64,000 bases of DNA from Octopus vulgaris. Taxonomy: Eukaryota. Position numbers and translations under genes: made by a program. Of this stretch, positions 24,350 through 39,964 are shown one piece after another. Below the pieces are notes generated by a model. That model saw nothing but the letters and a program-made list of their open reading frames with translations. It searched no databases and was not told the DNA's origin. Where the stretch lies: the NCBI GenBank assembly GCA_951406725.2, contig OX597814.1:175398001-175462000 (forward strand), in the 5' to 3' direction. Each line of letters starts with the position of its first letter. Position 1 is the first letter of the stretch.

Positions 24350-25100
24350 CACTGGTTTGTTGGCGAATTGCTTCTCGATTCGATACCAAATAACGAAATA
24401 ATTACAGTTGCTGTTTCTACTGCGACTCGCCGCTCCGCTTTCTTTTTCCGTTTTCTTTTTCTAGCTCATCTGGGCAGAAATCCTTCAAGGGGATCTTACT
24501 TCAACTCGTATAGAAATTGGGCTTTCTGCTCTGCATCAACCAGTCTAATTTTCCTCTTTTATCTTTATCACAATGGATTACATCTTTGGAACAATCTTAT
24601 ATTCTTCAGGAGTTATCAGTTCTTACATTCCCCATATAGATCCCATCCAACGATTTGCTATCTCAAAAACCTCCTTGCTCACCACCAATCCGTACTGTGC
24701 TGCAAAAGTTGGTTAGAGGGTATAGGTTAAGTTACTGCCAATATATCCTTGACCTTGCTATTTGTATTCTGTCTATTCACAGTTTCAGCCTGTGGGGAGG
24801 GATTTGTTGCATCTTTCTACCGTTTTAAAGATTGTCATATACTTTCTCAATTTTAAAGATTAGGCATATACTTCCATATGTTTTACGACGATCAATGGAA
24901 CAGACATCGTTCTACACATCGGCCAGAGCTTCTTCCAACTGCTCTTTTGTGGGCATACGAAGACCCTTCTATTTTGGTAAAACTAAGGTATGTTATTTCC
25001 CTCTTTGGTTGCTTTTGGTTCTATTCAAAGTTTTCATCCGAACTGGGATGTGCTTGATTTAAAATCTTTGTCACTGCCATTAAAGAAGCCCGCTTTCGTT
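24350..25100 (-). pseudogene. Highly decayed Tx1/L1-type ORF1 (gag-like) remnant
   Basis: MPTKEQLEEAL...RRKTYGSI and a degenerate zinc knuckle SRKPNFYTS*SKIPLKDFCP; many stops. Confidence 0.45.
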
Positions 25101-25612
25101 TGGTGAGTTTTAACTTTTGTTTAAACTCCCTGAAGTGGAGAACTGTCAGATCTTAAATTTTGTTTTGTAAAATTCTGTTTTTACTCGAAAAAATAGGTAT
25201 TTGTGAAGAGACACTAATATTTACCATATAGGAATGTAATGAAGAGAGAATGAAAGAGTGCTTAAATGAAACCGAACTAGAGAGAGACAAAGAGATGCAT
25301 AGGTCAGATCACTCTCTTATTAGGAACATTGCAGTAGGTACCATGGAAACAACATACGACGTCAGAAGGGAAACAAACATTCCTGCGTGTCTGTTTCTGA
25401 TTTTAAAAATAAAATAAAAAGCAATAACAATATCTGTAAGAACAACATCAACGACAATAACGACAACAACAGAATTAGACGAGAATTTCGTTTGTTGCGA
25501 TAACCAGGTAAAGAATCTGAGTCATTCGATCGCCAGGAAAAAATATGTTAAAAATATAAATTACGCGCCCAAATTTGATGAAAGTTCTAATCACTAAGTT
25601 ACAAAATGCCCC

Positions 25613-25652
<40 letters not shown>

Positions 25653-26084
25653 AATTTTAAACATCGTATATAAGTATATAAACAGAAACGGAAAAAAAAA
25701 CTACTGTATTCCCTTCATCAACAACACAAGTAAAATAATCCCTTTTACAGTAGATACAAGGCATGAAATTTGGCGGAAGGGATTAAGTCGATTACATGCC
25801 TACAGGAAGTGTGGTCTTATAGTAAAATATATAACAAGATGTAAGCAGTACGAGACATGCTGTAACAAGAGCTAAAATCAGTTAGAAAAGTCGGTGGGGT
25901 TGTAGCTCGGCACCTTGAGAGGTAGGTCCATGTCCAACAGAATCGTGGATTTCTGGATAGACAGATTGATTGATTTGCTTGGTGTCTGCTATGGTTTTGA
26001 TCTCCAGGTAGAGAAGAATTGGAACAAGGTGACTTTCAGAGTAGAGTGGTAAGATCTCTCTTAAAAAAACAAAACAAAAAAAAC

Positions 26085-26260
26085 GCCAGGTGAAATACTT
26101 AGCGGCATTTCGTCTGAGTTCAAATTCCGCCGAGGTCGACTTTGCCTTTCATCCTCTTGGGGTCGATAAATAAAGTACCAGTTTCGCACTGGGTCGATAA
26201 ATCGACTTAGTCCTTTGTCCCTCCCACGAAATTTCAGACCTTGTGCCTAGTAGAAATAGA

Positions 26261-26355
<95 letters not shown>

Positions 26356-26990
26356 GGCGGTGAGCTGGCAGAAACGTTAGCACGCCGAGTGAAATGCTTA
26401 GCGGTATTTCGTCTGCGTTACGTTTTGAGTTCAAATTCCGCCGAGGTTGACTTTGCCTTTCATCCTTTCGGGGTCAATGAAATAAGTACCAGTTATGCAC
26501 TGGGGTCGATATAATCGATTTAATCCGTTTGTCTGTCCTTGTTTGTCCTTTCTGTGTTTAGCCCCTTGTGAGCAGTAAAGAAATAGGTATTTCGTCTGTC
26601 GTTACGTTTGAGTTCAAATTCCGCCGAGGTCGCCTTTGCCTTTCATCCTTGCGGGATCGATAAATTAAGTACCAGTTGCGTACTAGGGTCGGGTCGATGT
26701 AATCGACTGGTTCCTCCCCCAAAATTTCAGGCCTTGTGTCAATAGTAGAAAGGATTACTATTATTAGGACGGCGAAATGGTAGAATCGCTTGCATGCCGG
26801 ACAAAATATTCAGCGGAATTTTTTCGGGCTTTACGTTTTGAGTTCAAATTTCGCCGATGTCGACTTTGCTTTTTAACCTTTCGGCTTCGATAAAATAAAT
26901 AGCAGTTGAGCACTGGGGTCGATCTAATCAACTGGTTTCCCGCCTCCAAATATCAAACCTTGTGCGTTTAAGTAGAAAGGATTATTATTA
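26085..26990 (+). mobile_element. Cluster of four SINE family B units with an internal (TTA)n tract
   Basis: Repeated GAGTTCAAATTCCGCCGAGGTCGACTTTGCC cores at ~26116, 26428, 26610 and 26840. Confidence 0.88.
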
Positions 26991-27023
26991 TTATTATTTT
27001 AATGTTTATAACATCCTAGCTGA

Positions 27024-27173
27024 CGAGGTCGACTTTGCCTGTCATCCTTTCGGGGTCGATAAATAAAGTACCAGTTACGCACTGGGGTCGATGTAATCGA
27101 CTTAATCTCTTTGTCTATCCTTGTTTGCCCCCTCCCTTATGTTTAGCCCCTTGTGGGCAATAAAGAAATATAT
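27024..27173 (+). mobile_element. 5'-truncated SINE family B with 13-bp TSD
   Basis: acatcctagctga at 27011-27023 and 27175-27187. Confidence 0.9.
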
Positions 27174-28734
27174 GACATCCTAGCTGATATAAAGGGTATT
27201 GACAGGGAGGGAGGAAGGGAGAGGGAGAGAGAAGGAACAGGAGAGCAAATGCATAAGAGGAAAGAGAGGGGTGGGGTAGAAAAAGAAAGGACATGCATGG
27301 CACCAACAAGGCTTGTATGCATAATCGACATACATGGTGTAAACACGGCTTCGTGCAATCCGAGAAATTATTAAAACTATTTAGACGATTCGAAAGCCTG
27401 TAATGGATATCCACACCATCCAGCATGTTAGTCCTGTCTCCCTAACAGGGGGAGACTAAAGAAAACTATAAGAAATAATAATTATCTAATTTTGAATAAT
27501 GCTAGCGAAAATTACTTTCTGTGTAATTTGACTCTGGTTTCGAATATGCAATCTTCTAAATCTTTCACAACTAAGAAGAATTTTGTATTTTGATGAATGG
27601 CTTCGTATTCAACTCCTGCAGCTAGCAATTGAATACCGATTTAAACACGAAGAATTTATGAAAATGTTCCAGCGCAAGATCTCAATGCGAATCTCTTTTT
27701 GATTTATGCAAATGCAACCTGTCATATATATTGGTGTCTTCATAAAATCAGCTGTGCTTTGTAATTATTTACATTGCTTCTAATATTCAATATTCCCAAG
27801 GACTTTTATAATTCGATACTTATATCCTATCCCGATACTGTTTGTGTATGCGACAATAACGTTACAAATCATATATGCACATGCATATACACACACGTCT
27901 ATTCTTACACGTGTGCAGAGACACGCATTCAACCCAGCACACATATATGCACATAAATACACATACATGTATTCATACACATATACATGCATACGCACAC
28001 ACTGAGCGACACACAAGCATACAGATAAGAACATGGATACTTATATACATATATATACACGCTTGTACACACACTCACACGCACATAGACACATCTACTG
28101 CGATGCTAATAGATAGGAAACTACTTATACTTACTGCTATTGTGGAAAATTACAAAGAGCTGCGAGCCAACGAGGAATCTTCTGCTAAACAGAATAGCCA
28201 AATACCCCTCAAATTTTACTCATTTAAGCCACTTGATCTCTATTGACATTTGGCCATCGAGGACTTTTCTCTACTGTTTTCGACTCTGGACCGTCTTTTG
28301 GCTTCTCCTGGGTCTTGTTGGGCTTGAAATGTCATCGATGCTTCTCATCTCCTTCCCATCTCTGTCCTTTTTACCACTACTATAACGGCCTCTGCTTCTC
28401 GCTTCTGACTGAGCTCATGTCACACGCACTCTGTCACTACCGATGCACTTGTCTCTCCTCCTACCATCCTCTTGTGTGCACCCTCCTCAGGCTCCACACT
28501 AACTCAGTATTTCCTTCCCAGAACGTCGGTCCACTGGAGTTTCCTCCACGTTCATGTTATTCTTGCAATCGTTGGGACTTAATGGTGTTAACCTTACCGG
28601 TCGCGGAGATACTCTGAAGGCTATGGGCCTTGTCCCTCCCTCCAGTCATAACAAGTAAAGTATGTAAGTGTAAATGGCTTAATTGAATAAAAACTAACTG
28701 CTAGAATAACAAACATATATACAATTATGTGACA

Positions 28735-28785
<51 letters not shown>

Positions 28786-28939
28786 ATACATGCGTACTTA
28801 CATACACACATGCATGCATATTCCTCACAACTAGATAATTCTTCATTGTTGTCTCCACTTTTCCCCTAATTGACACCGAACAATCATTATAATTATTATT
28901 TTAGAAAAATTATTTTCTGTTTGAGAAAATTAAAATAGA

Positions 28940-29240
28940 CTGGCGTTCCCTCGGTTGTGATGACAAGTGTTCCAGCTGATCCGACCAACGGAACAACCAA
29001 CTCGTGAAATTAACGCTGAAGTGGCTGAGCACTCCGAAAACGTGAGTTGTCATAACGTAGTTCTCAAGGAGATTCAGCGGAACATACCAAATATGACAAG
29101 TCTGACCCTTTCATTGCTAGCTGACTGGACCGGAGCAATGAAAAATAAAGTGATCTTGTTCAAGACACAAGGCGCCACCAGGGATTGAACTCACGAACTT
29201 ACGATCGTAAGCCAAATACACTAACCACTAAGCCAACCCA
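28940..29240 (-). mobile_element. SINE family D (tRNA head TGGCTTAGTGGTTAG...GAGTTCAATCCC)
   Basis: Homologous copies at 37685-37975 and 47458-47740. Confidence 0.75.
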
Positions 29241-29686
29241 CTTTCACTCGAGACAATTCTATGAATGTTTGCAACAGTCAATTATTCTTTGGTTTAGGGA
29301 CATTTATTTTTATTAGCATTAGTATTGTTAATGCAATTAAAACACGATGGAGATTAGCCCTGAGCAGTATGTGAAATGAAGGACAAGTTTCTCGGACGCA
29401 ACTCATGTTATGGTCAACATATACACAAACAGTGATGGGGATAATGATGTTGGTAGCACTGGTGTAGTTATTTTAGGGGTGGTGTTGGTGTATCTTTGCT
29501 AAAAAAAGCATCTCCTCCGTTTGTTCATATCTGTTTTTTTTTTCTTTTTTTCTTTTTTTGCATTAGTAACTTTTTGTCGGTTTCGCTCCTCACCGTCACC
29601 TTCGTCACACGACGTGTCTAAGTGGTCTCTAGTAGCAAGGGGCGTGTCTTGAGGAGTAATTGCCTCTTTTTAATTTGTTGTTGTTC

Positions 29687-29737
<51 letters not shown>

Positions 29738-29739
29738 GG

Positions 29740-30460
29740 GGCTTTCAGTTGCTGTTGTTGGTTGTTGTTGTTAAGCAACAAGACGGGTAAGTGTGATTAG
29801 AAGATGGTCTAGGGCTTAGGGGTGGGAGACCCCAGACCTTGGAAAAAAACAACTTTGGTCGCCTTGTTGTAGTCGAGGGCTCTTCGTTGACGCCCGACAC
29901 CACTGGGAGGTGGCCCTCGAAGTCGCTGGAAATGGAGATCTCCAGGTCCAGATTCTTGAACGGCTGCTGTTGTTGGTGATATGGTGACACTTTAGGGTGG
30001 TAATTCTTTATTATTTTTGTTGCTGTTGTTTCCAAACTTGTAACTGGAGCTGCAGTCACTCCTGCTGCGGTTGCATGCTCTTGTTGTAGTTGCTGTTCTT
30101 GCTGTTATTGTTGTTGATGTTAGTGATGTGGCGTTGAAAGTACAGGAAGTTTTCTTTCAGCTGTCATTTCTGTTGTTGTTGGAGGTAGAAAGCCTTGAGT
30201 AATTAGTGTTTCCACAGTTGTACTATCAAGACTTTCTACCCACCATTACCCTCTGTAGTTACAGCCCTAGAATTACTATTAGGACGGATATTTTTCCTAA
30301 TGCTTCAGGTTTCATACGAATCAGAATTTCCAGCCAAATCCATACTCAGTCCTTTTGAGAATCTTTTGATTTCTAGCAGTGTACTTGCCTCTTCCAAAAA
30401 CCACACATTTCGCCAGAGTCGAGAAGTCTAAGTTTTGGTGGTGTGTTTGGGATTTTTACC
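29740..30460 (-). pseudogene. Highly decayed Tx1/L1-type ORF1 remnant
   Basis: WLEILIRMKPEAL...VMVGRKS**YNCG (zinc-knuckle remnant) followed by a Q/T/P-rich low-complexity tract. Confidence 0.4.
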
Positions 30461-31623
30461 CGGACCATTCATCGTCCCAGTTAGAAGGTAGGTGAGTGTG
30501 AGTGTAAAATCTACAGTTTCTTGTGTAACAGTGGAGTGCTTCTGTGTTAGAGATTCTGAGTGGAAAATAACTTAGATATATGGTATTTATTAGCGACAGA
30601 GAGGTAATATTTATGCCCAGATAAACGTGGATGTTAATGTTGAATGTTCTATTAGAACAAACTATACTGCAGTCGTTTCCACGAGAGAAACCCTCATATT
30701 GGCTTTTTGGTGCAAAATGCAATCTTGTTTATATCGTTAGTGGAGAGACATATCCCCACCATTTCCAGTGTTGAGACCACCAGATCATGTGATTTCGACC
30801 TTCTTTGGTCTCGTCAATGATGGACGCCCCACTATTAGAAATAGCAGTGAACTCATCTCCCTGCCAGCGATATATAAAAAAAAAAAAACGGTGCCTGAAT
30901 AGGCGCTGGTATCGCTCACTGATTAATTGCGACTTTCTTTCTGCTCTCGTCTGTTGAAGTATATCTCCACCTCTTCTAAATATCCAAGCTTTTTTGCAGA
31001 GTGAGATGAGATCGAAAACATTTATGATCTTGGTCACAGAAATAATTTTCGCTTTATTTTCGCTGCTGCAGATGTTGTCAGTACCATCCTTGTCGCTGCA
31101 GTTATTGCTTTTTATTTGAGTGGCAGTGGTAGCAGTGGCGGCGGATTTGTTTGTGTTGCTACATTTAGTTGCTATAACAGTGGCAATGCACAACTGTTTG
31201 CTGTTCATGATTTTGCAATTTTCTTTGTTAGGCATGTCATTGGTCTCGGTACTCGGTACTGCTATTATTGTTGTTGCAGCTGTTTCTGCTGTTACTAGAG
31301 ATGTTACTGTTGTCGTTGCTTCTAATGCTGAAGCTACTATTTTTAATTACCTCGGCTTTGGTATTGGGTGGTAGAAGATGATTGCGAAAGACGGTTTCAC
31401 TTTCATAATCTCCTCTGACCTTCACCTCTTGCCAGCTGGTTGACAAAGTGGGGCGTCATTCTGAGTTTTTATTATGCTTCGAAAAGTATTTTACTTGCTC
31501 ATCTATCAAAAGGATTACATAAAAACATACATACATACATACACACATGCATAATGTGTGTATGCATATATATGTGTGCTTCTGTGCGGTTTTCCCTTTG
31601 TCTTGCTTTTGTCGATAAATTTC

Positions 31624-31812
31624 TTTTACTTGCTTCAGTCATTTGACTGTGGCCATGCTGGAGAAACCGCCTTTAGTCGAGCCAATCGACCCCAGGACAT
31701 TCTTTGTAAGCCTAGTACTTATTCTATCGGTCCCTTTTGCCGAACCGCTAAGTTACGGGAACGTAGACATACCAGCATCGGTTGTCAAGCGATGTTGGGG
31801 GACAAACACAGA
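31624..31812 (-). mobile_element. SINE family A 3' half
   Basis: Homology to 18370-18560. Confidence 0.85.
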
Positions 31813-31836
31813 CACACACACACACACACAAACACA

Positions 31837-32680
<844 letters not shown>

Positions 32681-33543
32681 TAGACAATCACTTTCTTAAC
32701 GCCTATCTCTCGATTTGTTTATTAGGTTCATTACATATAATGCTCTACATCGAGATTATTAGGATATTCCAGTGGATTCCTTTTATAAGAAGTCTTTTTG
32801 GTATATTTTAAGAAATTACATACATATATCTATGTATATAATTTCTATATATACATATATATATTTATGTGTTTATATATGTATGCATACCCACCCACAT
32901 ACCTACCTAAATAAATTCATACACACATACACATGTATAATTTGTGCTATATATTTTCGTGAATAGATTCACTGAAAGTTTTCACCGATGAACATTCAAA
33001 TAAATTAAATAAACTTGATCGCACGGACGTTAAACTTGCAACAGTGTGTTGCAAATGTCGGAATATATTGATTGTAACAGCACCGGTTGTCATGATGCAA
33101 TGTAGCTAGCTATACAGATGCCTTGTAGAAATATCACACTTGGTCGACAAGAGACAAAGAAGAAAGTTCATCTAGCTGCTTGACTTATATTTGTTTCTTG
33201 TAAAATCACTTAAAGTGGAGAGAAAATCTTCAATTTAGCTTTATACAAAAATCACAAATAAATATTCATATTTTAAATAACTGAGTGGTGGTCTTGAGCA
33301 CTTTAAGTGTGGGATTATGAATACAGCTTCTTTGCTGATGAATTTGTCAGTTGGAAAACGAGCTGTGTGTTCAAATATATAGTAGCGTTACATTACATCT
33401 TCAAGAAGGTCACTTGTTTTTTTTTTTTTTAATTATTTTAATTTTCTTACATTTCGGAAATAAAATATTTGTTATTACTCTTGTACAATCACTGATAAGT
33501 CCAGATGTTCAGGCACTGCTGGCTACACTAAACTTTTAGACAG

Positions 33544-34063
33544 GGGTAGGAGTGGCTGTGTGGTAAGTAGCTTGCTTACCAACCACATGGTTCCGGATTC
33601 AATCCCACTGCGTGGCATATTGGGCAACTGTCTTCTACTATAGCCTCGGGCCGACCAAAGCCTTGTGAGTGGATTTGATAGACGGAAACTGAAAGAAGCC
33701 TCTCATATATATGTATATATATATGTATGTGTGTGTATATATTTGTGTGCCTGTGTTTGTCCCCACAACATTGCCTGACTAGTAAAAGAGCAAAAGAGTA
33801 TATACAAGGGGAAGTGAAAAATTATCCGCACTTTTGTCATAACACATCTTTATTATTAACACACAGCCTTCTGTGCATGCATGCTTATAGTTTATACTAT
33901 TGTTATCACGTGATTGAAGTTTGAGCCTGATCGCGCCATTTTTCTTTCTGGCTTTACAAACAAATACTGCAATAATTGGCCTATCTCAAAACAAGAATAA
34001 GTCCTGGGGTCGATTTGCTTGACTAAAGGCGGTGATCCAGCATGGTCGCAGTCAAACGCCTGA
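33544..34063 (+). mobile_element. SINE family A split by a mariner-like terminal fragment (TACAAGGGGAAGTGAAAAATTATCCGCAC at ~33803)
   Basis: 5' half at 33544-33790; 3' tail resumes at ~33990. Confidence 0.65.
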
Positions 34064-34131
34064 ATGGAGTTGTTGCACTAAGAACGCAATAAGTATCAGA
34101 CAGGGACGAAAATTCATCCCATTAGTGGTCA

Positions 34132-34188
34132 GCGAGAGTGCCAGATGCATTTCGATCCCTCTGGGCCTTTCCAATGGCACGCACTCGC
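34132..34188 (-). ncRNA. Decayed minimal hammerhead-like motif
   Basis: Minus strand GTGCCA-TTGGAAA-GGCCC AGA GGGATC-GAAA-TGCA-TC-TGGCAC; stems, GAAA and palindromic stem III present, CUGANGA box degenerate. Confidence 0.45.
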
Positions 34189-34216
34189 AACCAGACTGAT
34201 GCTCCAACGAGAACAC

Positions 34217-34275
34217 GTCGTCTCTGATGAACCGGAATGGATACCACAGGATATTCTATCCGAATATTTGACGAC
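34217..34275 (+). ncRNA. Decayed hammerhead-like motif
   Basis: GTCGTC-T-CTGATGA-(imperfect GGAATGGATA/TATTCTATCC hairpin)-GAAT-ATTT-GACGAC; GAAA and stem III damaged. Confidence 0.5.
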
Positions 34276-35803
34276 TTGGCTAACACAGTTCTACAGAATT
34301 TTTGGACGAAAATGTTTCTGAAGCGCTTTTTCGAGCTGAATCAAGATATGCTATTCATTTTCACTAATCATGTCAAGATTTTTCTATACACATTACACTG
34401 ATTTTTCATTAAGTTTCCCTTGGTCTTTTTGTCCTGGTCTGTCTTTGGAGCAGGGGGTCAAAGTGTGAAAAATATTTCATTGCCATCCTTTCCTTGCATA
34501 AATAATAGTAAAATTATGAATAAGCTGATTTCGTGCATATATAGTTTAATTGCAACAAGATTTCAGTTAGAAATGGGGATGTGTTTCTTTTTTACATATG
34601 ATAGAGAAAATATAAAAGGAGGTATAGTGTCGCTCTATTCTATTGATACAGAGTCTTAAATAAAAAAATCTACAAATTATATGTATAGCAGTTAAAATAT
34701 GTCACAAACATATTTTAGTTAACCTAAAGTTCGCATATATATATATATATTTATTTATATATAAATAAGGATAATATCGATATTTAAATATCGATCTTAT
34801 CAAGTAGCCAGCATGAGAATAAATACCATACAAATGTAATAATTATTTAAAACTATAAATTAGGGAATCTGAGAGATACTACCATGCTGAAATAGCAGTC
34901 AAAAAATCCTGACTCTAAAGCCACCTTAAATGTTTATATCACGCTAGGAGAGAAGACAGAGAGACAAAAATAAACTAGCAAAAAAGATTTTTCTGGATAA
35001 TTCAAGATCCTGGATTTCTGGTTTTGCATAAGAGAAGCTATACACACACACAATTGGATCCTGCACAGTTTCCTTACACCTGATTACACTCAGAATCATT
35101 CGGTCGACACGCTTGTGGTAGAAAATATTTGCTGCATTTGCTTCGCAGCGGAATCGAAACCAAAGCTGTCAATTGAACGTCTTAATCAATAGTTGTTTAC
35201 ACCTTTTTAATGACATATGTTTATGACTTAGAGTTAGTCTTAAGCTACAACATCATTAAAATGCCCGGACAAAAGCATAGATATCACTTTTTCAGCCTGG
35301 TACTAATATAACTTATCATTTTGATACTAATATATATTAATGAAGACAACTGCCAGTAACAATTATGCAATTTTGACATCTTTAAGACATTACTGTATCT
35401 TTGTTAGTGTATCTTTGCTGTTGCTGCTGTGGTTTAGCTGTAGTTCAAGACAGACAGAACAGACCTATGATAAACGCAATCTAGCTGCTATCTATCTTGT
35501 ATTATCAACGATATTTTTAGGACTACATTATTAATGGTACCCTTTTCATAGTTAAGACAGACGGGTACGATGTAATGGAAATTTGGTTGCTAGTTCTGGC
35601 ATGCCGAACGAATACATTGATTCTGAAAAATTCTAACAGATGCATTTAAAATCACATGATAAAGGCATGGCTGTGTGGTTAAGAAGTCTACTTTGCATCT
35701 ACAAGGTTTCGGGTTCAGTCCTTGGGCAAGTGTCTTCCACTATAGCTTCGAACCGACAAATACATTATGAGTAGATTTGCTTGACGGAAAGCTATGTAGA
35801 ATC

Positions 35804-35919
<116 letters not shown>

Positions 35920-36117
35920 ATGTCTGTCTATCTGTCTGTCTGTCTGTCTGTCCGTCCGTCCGTCCGTCCGTCCGTCCGTCCGTCCGTCCGTCTGACTGTC
36001 TGTCTGTCTGTCTGTGTGTGTTAGTGTCTGGGTCCTACCTACTGTCGCTTGGCAACAAGTGTTGGTTTGTTTATGCTCATGTAACATATCAACTGTGCAG
36101 TGGAGACGGATAGAATA

Positions 36118-36260
36118 GGCGCAGGCGTGGCTGTGTGGTAATAAGCTTATTTCCTAACTACATGGTTCAGGATTCAGTCCTACTGTGTGACACTTTGGGT
36201 GTTTTCTACTATAGTCTCGGGCCGACCAAAGCCTTGTGAGTGTATTTGGTAGACGGTTAC
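36118..36260 (+). mobile_element. SINE family A 5' half (older decayed copy at 35664-36115)
   Basis: GGCGCAGGCGTGGCTGTGTGGTAA head. Confidence 0.8.
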
Positions 36261-36419
36261 TTGTACACATACATACTCAGGTTACTTATACACATACACA
36301 CACACAGGTCCACATAGTTTTCAGCTCGCCTACACATACATACTCACACAATCGCCCCATTCCCACATAAACACTCACACACACCATTCTCACATACACA
36401 CAAGCGCTTGCGCACCTTA

Positions 36420-36770
<351 letters not shown>

Positions 36771-37684
36771 ATGTATGTGTGTTTGCCGTAAACATACTCT
36801 ATTCGAAGTTCATGATATTCATGCTTTACACAAAACCTATTAATGTAATGACTTAGAATAGATACAAATGGAATTCGAAACAACGTTTTGAACTCGATTC
36901 GCCGAAAGTTAATCTTTAACTCTACGAACTAGTTGAACCAAGTATTTTTCAACTTTTCGTTTTTTGTTTTCATTATCAAATCCTGTACAATAGGAAGACA
37001 AAAGCGATTCTCATGAGTAATGAACTAAGAATACTGAAGCTTTATACTAGTCGACAATAAAAACTGCTTGTTCAGCTCAGTCGTCCAAATCATGTCAATA
37101 ATACGATTTCCAATAAAGTTTTGTTATAATTTCATGAGTTTTGGTTTTGTCCTTGAAAACAATAGTAAAAAAAGACGAACTTGTTTTATTCCATTATGCT
37201 GTTTCCAATGAATAGCAAGTAAATCGTAGCATTTTCAAATATTTTATCAGTGGAGGTTGAATGTGGCAGATGATACTAAATGCCTATCAGTTTCGAGTTC
37301 AAAGGTCTCCTTTCGCTTTCAATTTCCGAGAACCATAGAAGGAAGAAAATGAATGCCAGCAAAATGCTAGCGGCGATTTAATTGTCTACATCTCTTACTA
37401 ATTTATGGCCTTGTATCAATGTTAGAAACTGTTTTATTAATTGGAAGGCTAATAGGAAAGAGGCAAGCTTCTGCTATGGCAAAGCAGCAAGCTGGTTTAG
37501 AGTCCCCGGTTTAAAAATACCATTCTCTTGATGAATGTATTTGCCTGAGAAAGGAATCAGCATCACACAGTCATCACACTGCCTTTCTTCTCTCTCTCTA
37601 AATTAAAACATACAGTATTGTAGATCCATTACAGCGGATCTATATACCCGTATAGTTTGATTAATATACCAACTCTATTGACGT

Positions 37685-37975
37685 GGCTCTCCGTCAGTTG
37701 CAACGACGATTCTTTCAGTTGATATGATCAACCAAACAACCTGCTCGTGAAATTAACGCGAACGTGATGAACACTCCACAAACATACTTACCCTTAGCGT
37801 AGTTCACAGGGAGATTCAACATGCCACAGAGTGCGAAATGGCTAGCCCTTTGAATAGCGGATGCAACTCATTTTTGCCAGCTGAATGGACTGGAACAACG
37901 AGAAAAAAAGTGTCTTACTCAAAGAAACAACTCACAGCCTTACGATCATGAGCTGGATAAACCTAGCCACGCACC
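37685..37975 (-). mobile_element. SINE family D
   Basis: Homology to 28940-29240 (CTCGTGAAATTAACG...GGAGATTCA). Confidence 0.7.
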
Positions 37976-38114
37976 TTCAACCCAATCTATTGACGAATAT
38001 CAGAGTGCACATATACATACATACATACGTACATACATACATACATACATACATACATACATACATACATACATACATACATACATACATAGGTATATAT
38101 GTATATATATATAT

Positions 38115-38176
<62 letters not shown>

Positions 38177-38190
38177 ATCAATCAATCAAT

Positions 38191-38228
<38 letters not shown>

Positions 38229-38240
38229 ATTGATTGATTG

Positions 38241-38586
38241 TGTAGACAATTACCTCCCTTGAAACCATTTGTCTCATCTATTGGCCACTGGATGGCGCAC
38301 GTCGTGCTGTTGCATTGTGGGAGAATTACAGTACTTGTATATATATATATAAAGAGATAAAGGCAGTTTCTGTGTGTTCGTATTCAGATACATAAGAGGT
38401 GGTTATGTTTAACCGTTGCATCACTTGGAATCGCAACAGGAAGAAAATACGTCTAACCGCTTTGGTTGCACCGCCCAAAAGCTATAGATTTAATTCTCCC
38501 ACTATAGATTTAATTCAACACCACGACGTGCGCATCCAGTGGCCAATGGATGAGACAACTGGTTTCAAGGGAGGGAACTGTCTACA
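38241..38586. mobile_element. MITE-like element with ~70-90-bp terminal inverted repeats
   Basis: TGTAGACAATTACCTCCCTTGAAACC...ACGTCGTG matches the reverse complement of 38516-38586. Confidence 0.75.
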
Positions 38587-38849
38587 TTTACTTTGGGCGG
38601 AAGGATCTGCTGATGTTTATTTTTTTTCCAATATTTGAATTTAGCCCATGCACAAAACGACAGCTCTATGACCACAGGTTTATAGCAAAAAAATAATGAA
38701 ATTTTGTGGATTTCATGACATGTTCAAGAGCATTAGCAACGCATGTAGGTTCCGATAGGGATTCGAAAAAAACATATGGTATTAGATCGCTTAGGCTATC
38801 CTCTTTCTCTACAATGATTTATACTTATTAAATGCTTACTGGTATTTTT

Positions 38850-39410
38850 TCAGGCTTTACTAGCAGAATTCAAAACTGCCAAGGCCAACTTTGATTTTCG
38901 TTCTTTCGGGGTCGAAAAAATATATACCAGATGAATATCGAGGTCGATGCAATTAACTTACTCCTCCCACCAAATTACTGGCCTCGTGCCAAAATTTGAA
39001 ACCAAAATTATTATTATTACTATAAATATTAAGGGTAGCGAGCTGGCAGAATCTTTAGTACGCCGGGCGAAATGCTTAGCGGTATTTCGTCTGCCGTTAC
39101 GTTCTGAGTTCAAATTCCGCTGAGGTCGACTTTGCCTTTCATCCTTTGAGGGTCGATAAATTAAGTACTAGTTACGCACTGGGGTCGATGCAATCGACTT
39201 AATCCGTTTGTCTGTCCTTGTTTGTCCTCTCTGTGTTTAGCCCCTTGTGGGTAGTAAAGAAATAAGTATTTCGTCCATCTTTACGTTTTGAGTTCAAATT
39301 CCGCCGAAGTCGGTTTTGCCTTTCGTCCTTTACGGGTTGAATACTAGGATCGATGTAATCGACCATCATCCTACCCAAAATGTCAGGGCATGTGCCTATA
39401 CCAGAAAGTA
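38850..39410 (+). mobile_element. SINE family B tandem cluster
   Basis: Three cores at ~38870, 39107 and 39290. Confidence 0.85.
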
Positions 39411-39451
39411 CTATTACTATTAGTATTAACAACCATAGCAACAACGACAGC

Positions 39452-39531
<80 letters not shown>

Positions 39532-39899
39532 TAATAATAACAATAAGGAAAATCCGAGATTATTCACAGAAAAATAGAACTATTTTATGTTAGATCGAAA
39601 CATAAATCAATGAATTATTGTAAAACACTAATAAAATTCATTTTAGGTTATAAAAATATAGATCAATATGTTGTTTAATGAGATTTCTCAAATACAATAA
39701 CACGTCCTTACTTTCATTGAATTTTTAATGCGTGTAAATATTTCATTTGTGTCAAATCTTATTCCTTAGAGCAATTTACAAGCAGCAAAATTGCAATATA
39801 TCAAAATAATCACAGAAAAATACAATATAAAGAAGTATAAATTTGTTTGTATAATTAATTTTGTTGTACATAGCTCAATTGTGTGTATATACAACCAGT

Positions 39900-39964
<65 letters not shown>

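Noticed and set aside
26085-26990. Regularly recurring ~45-bp core suggesting a CRISPR-like array
   Set aside because: Intervening sequences are homologous SINE bodies, not unique spacers.
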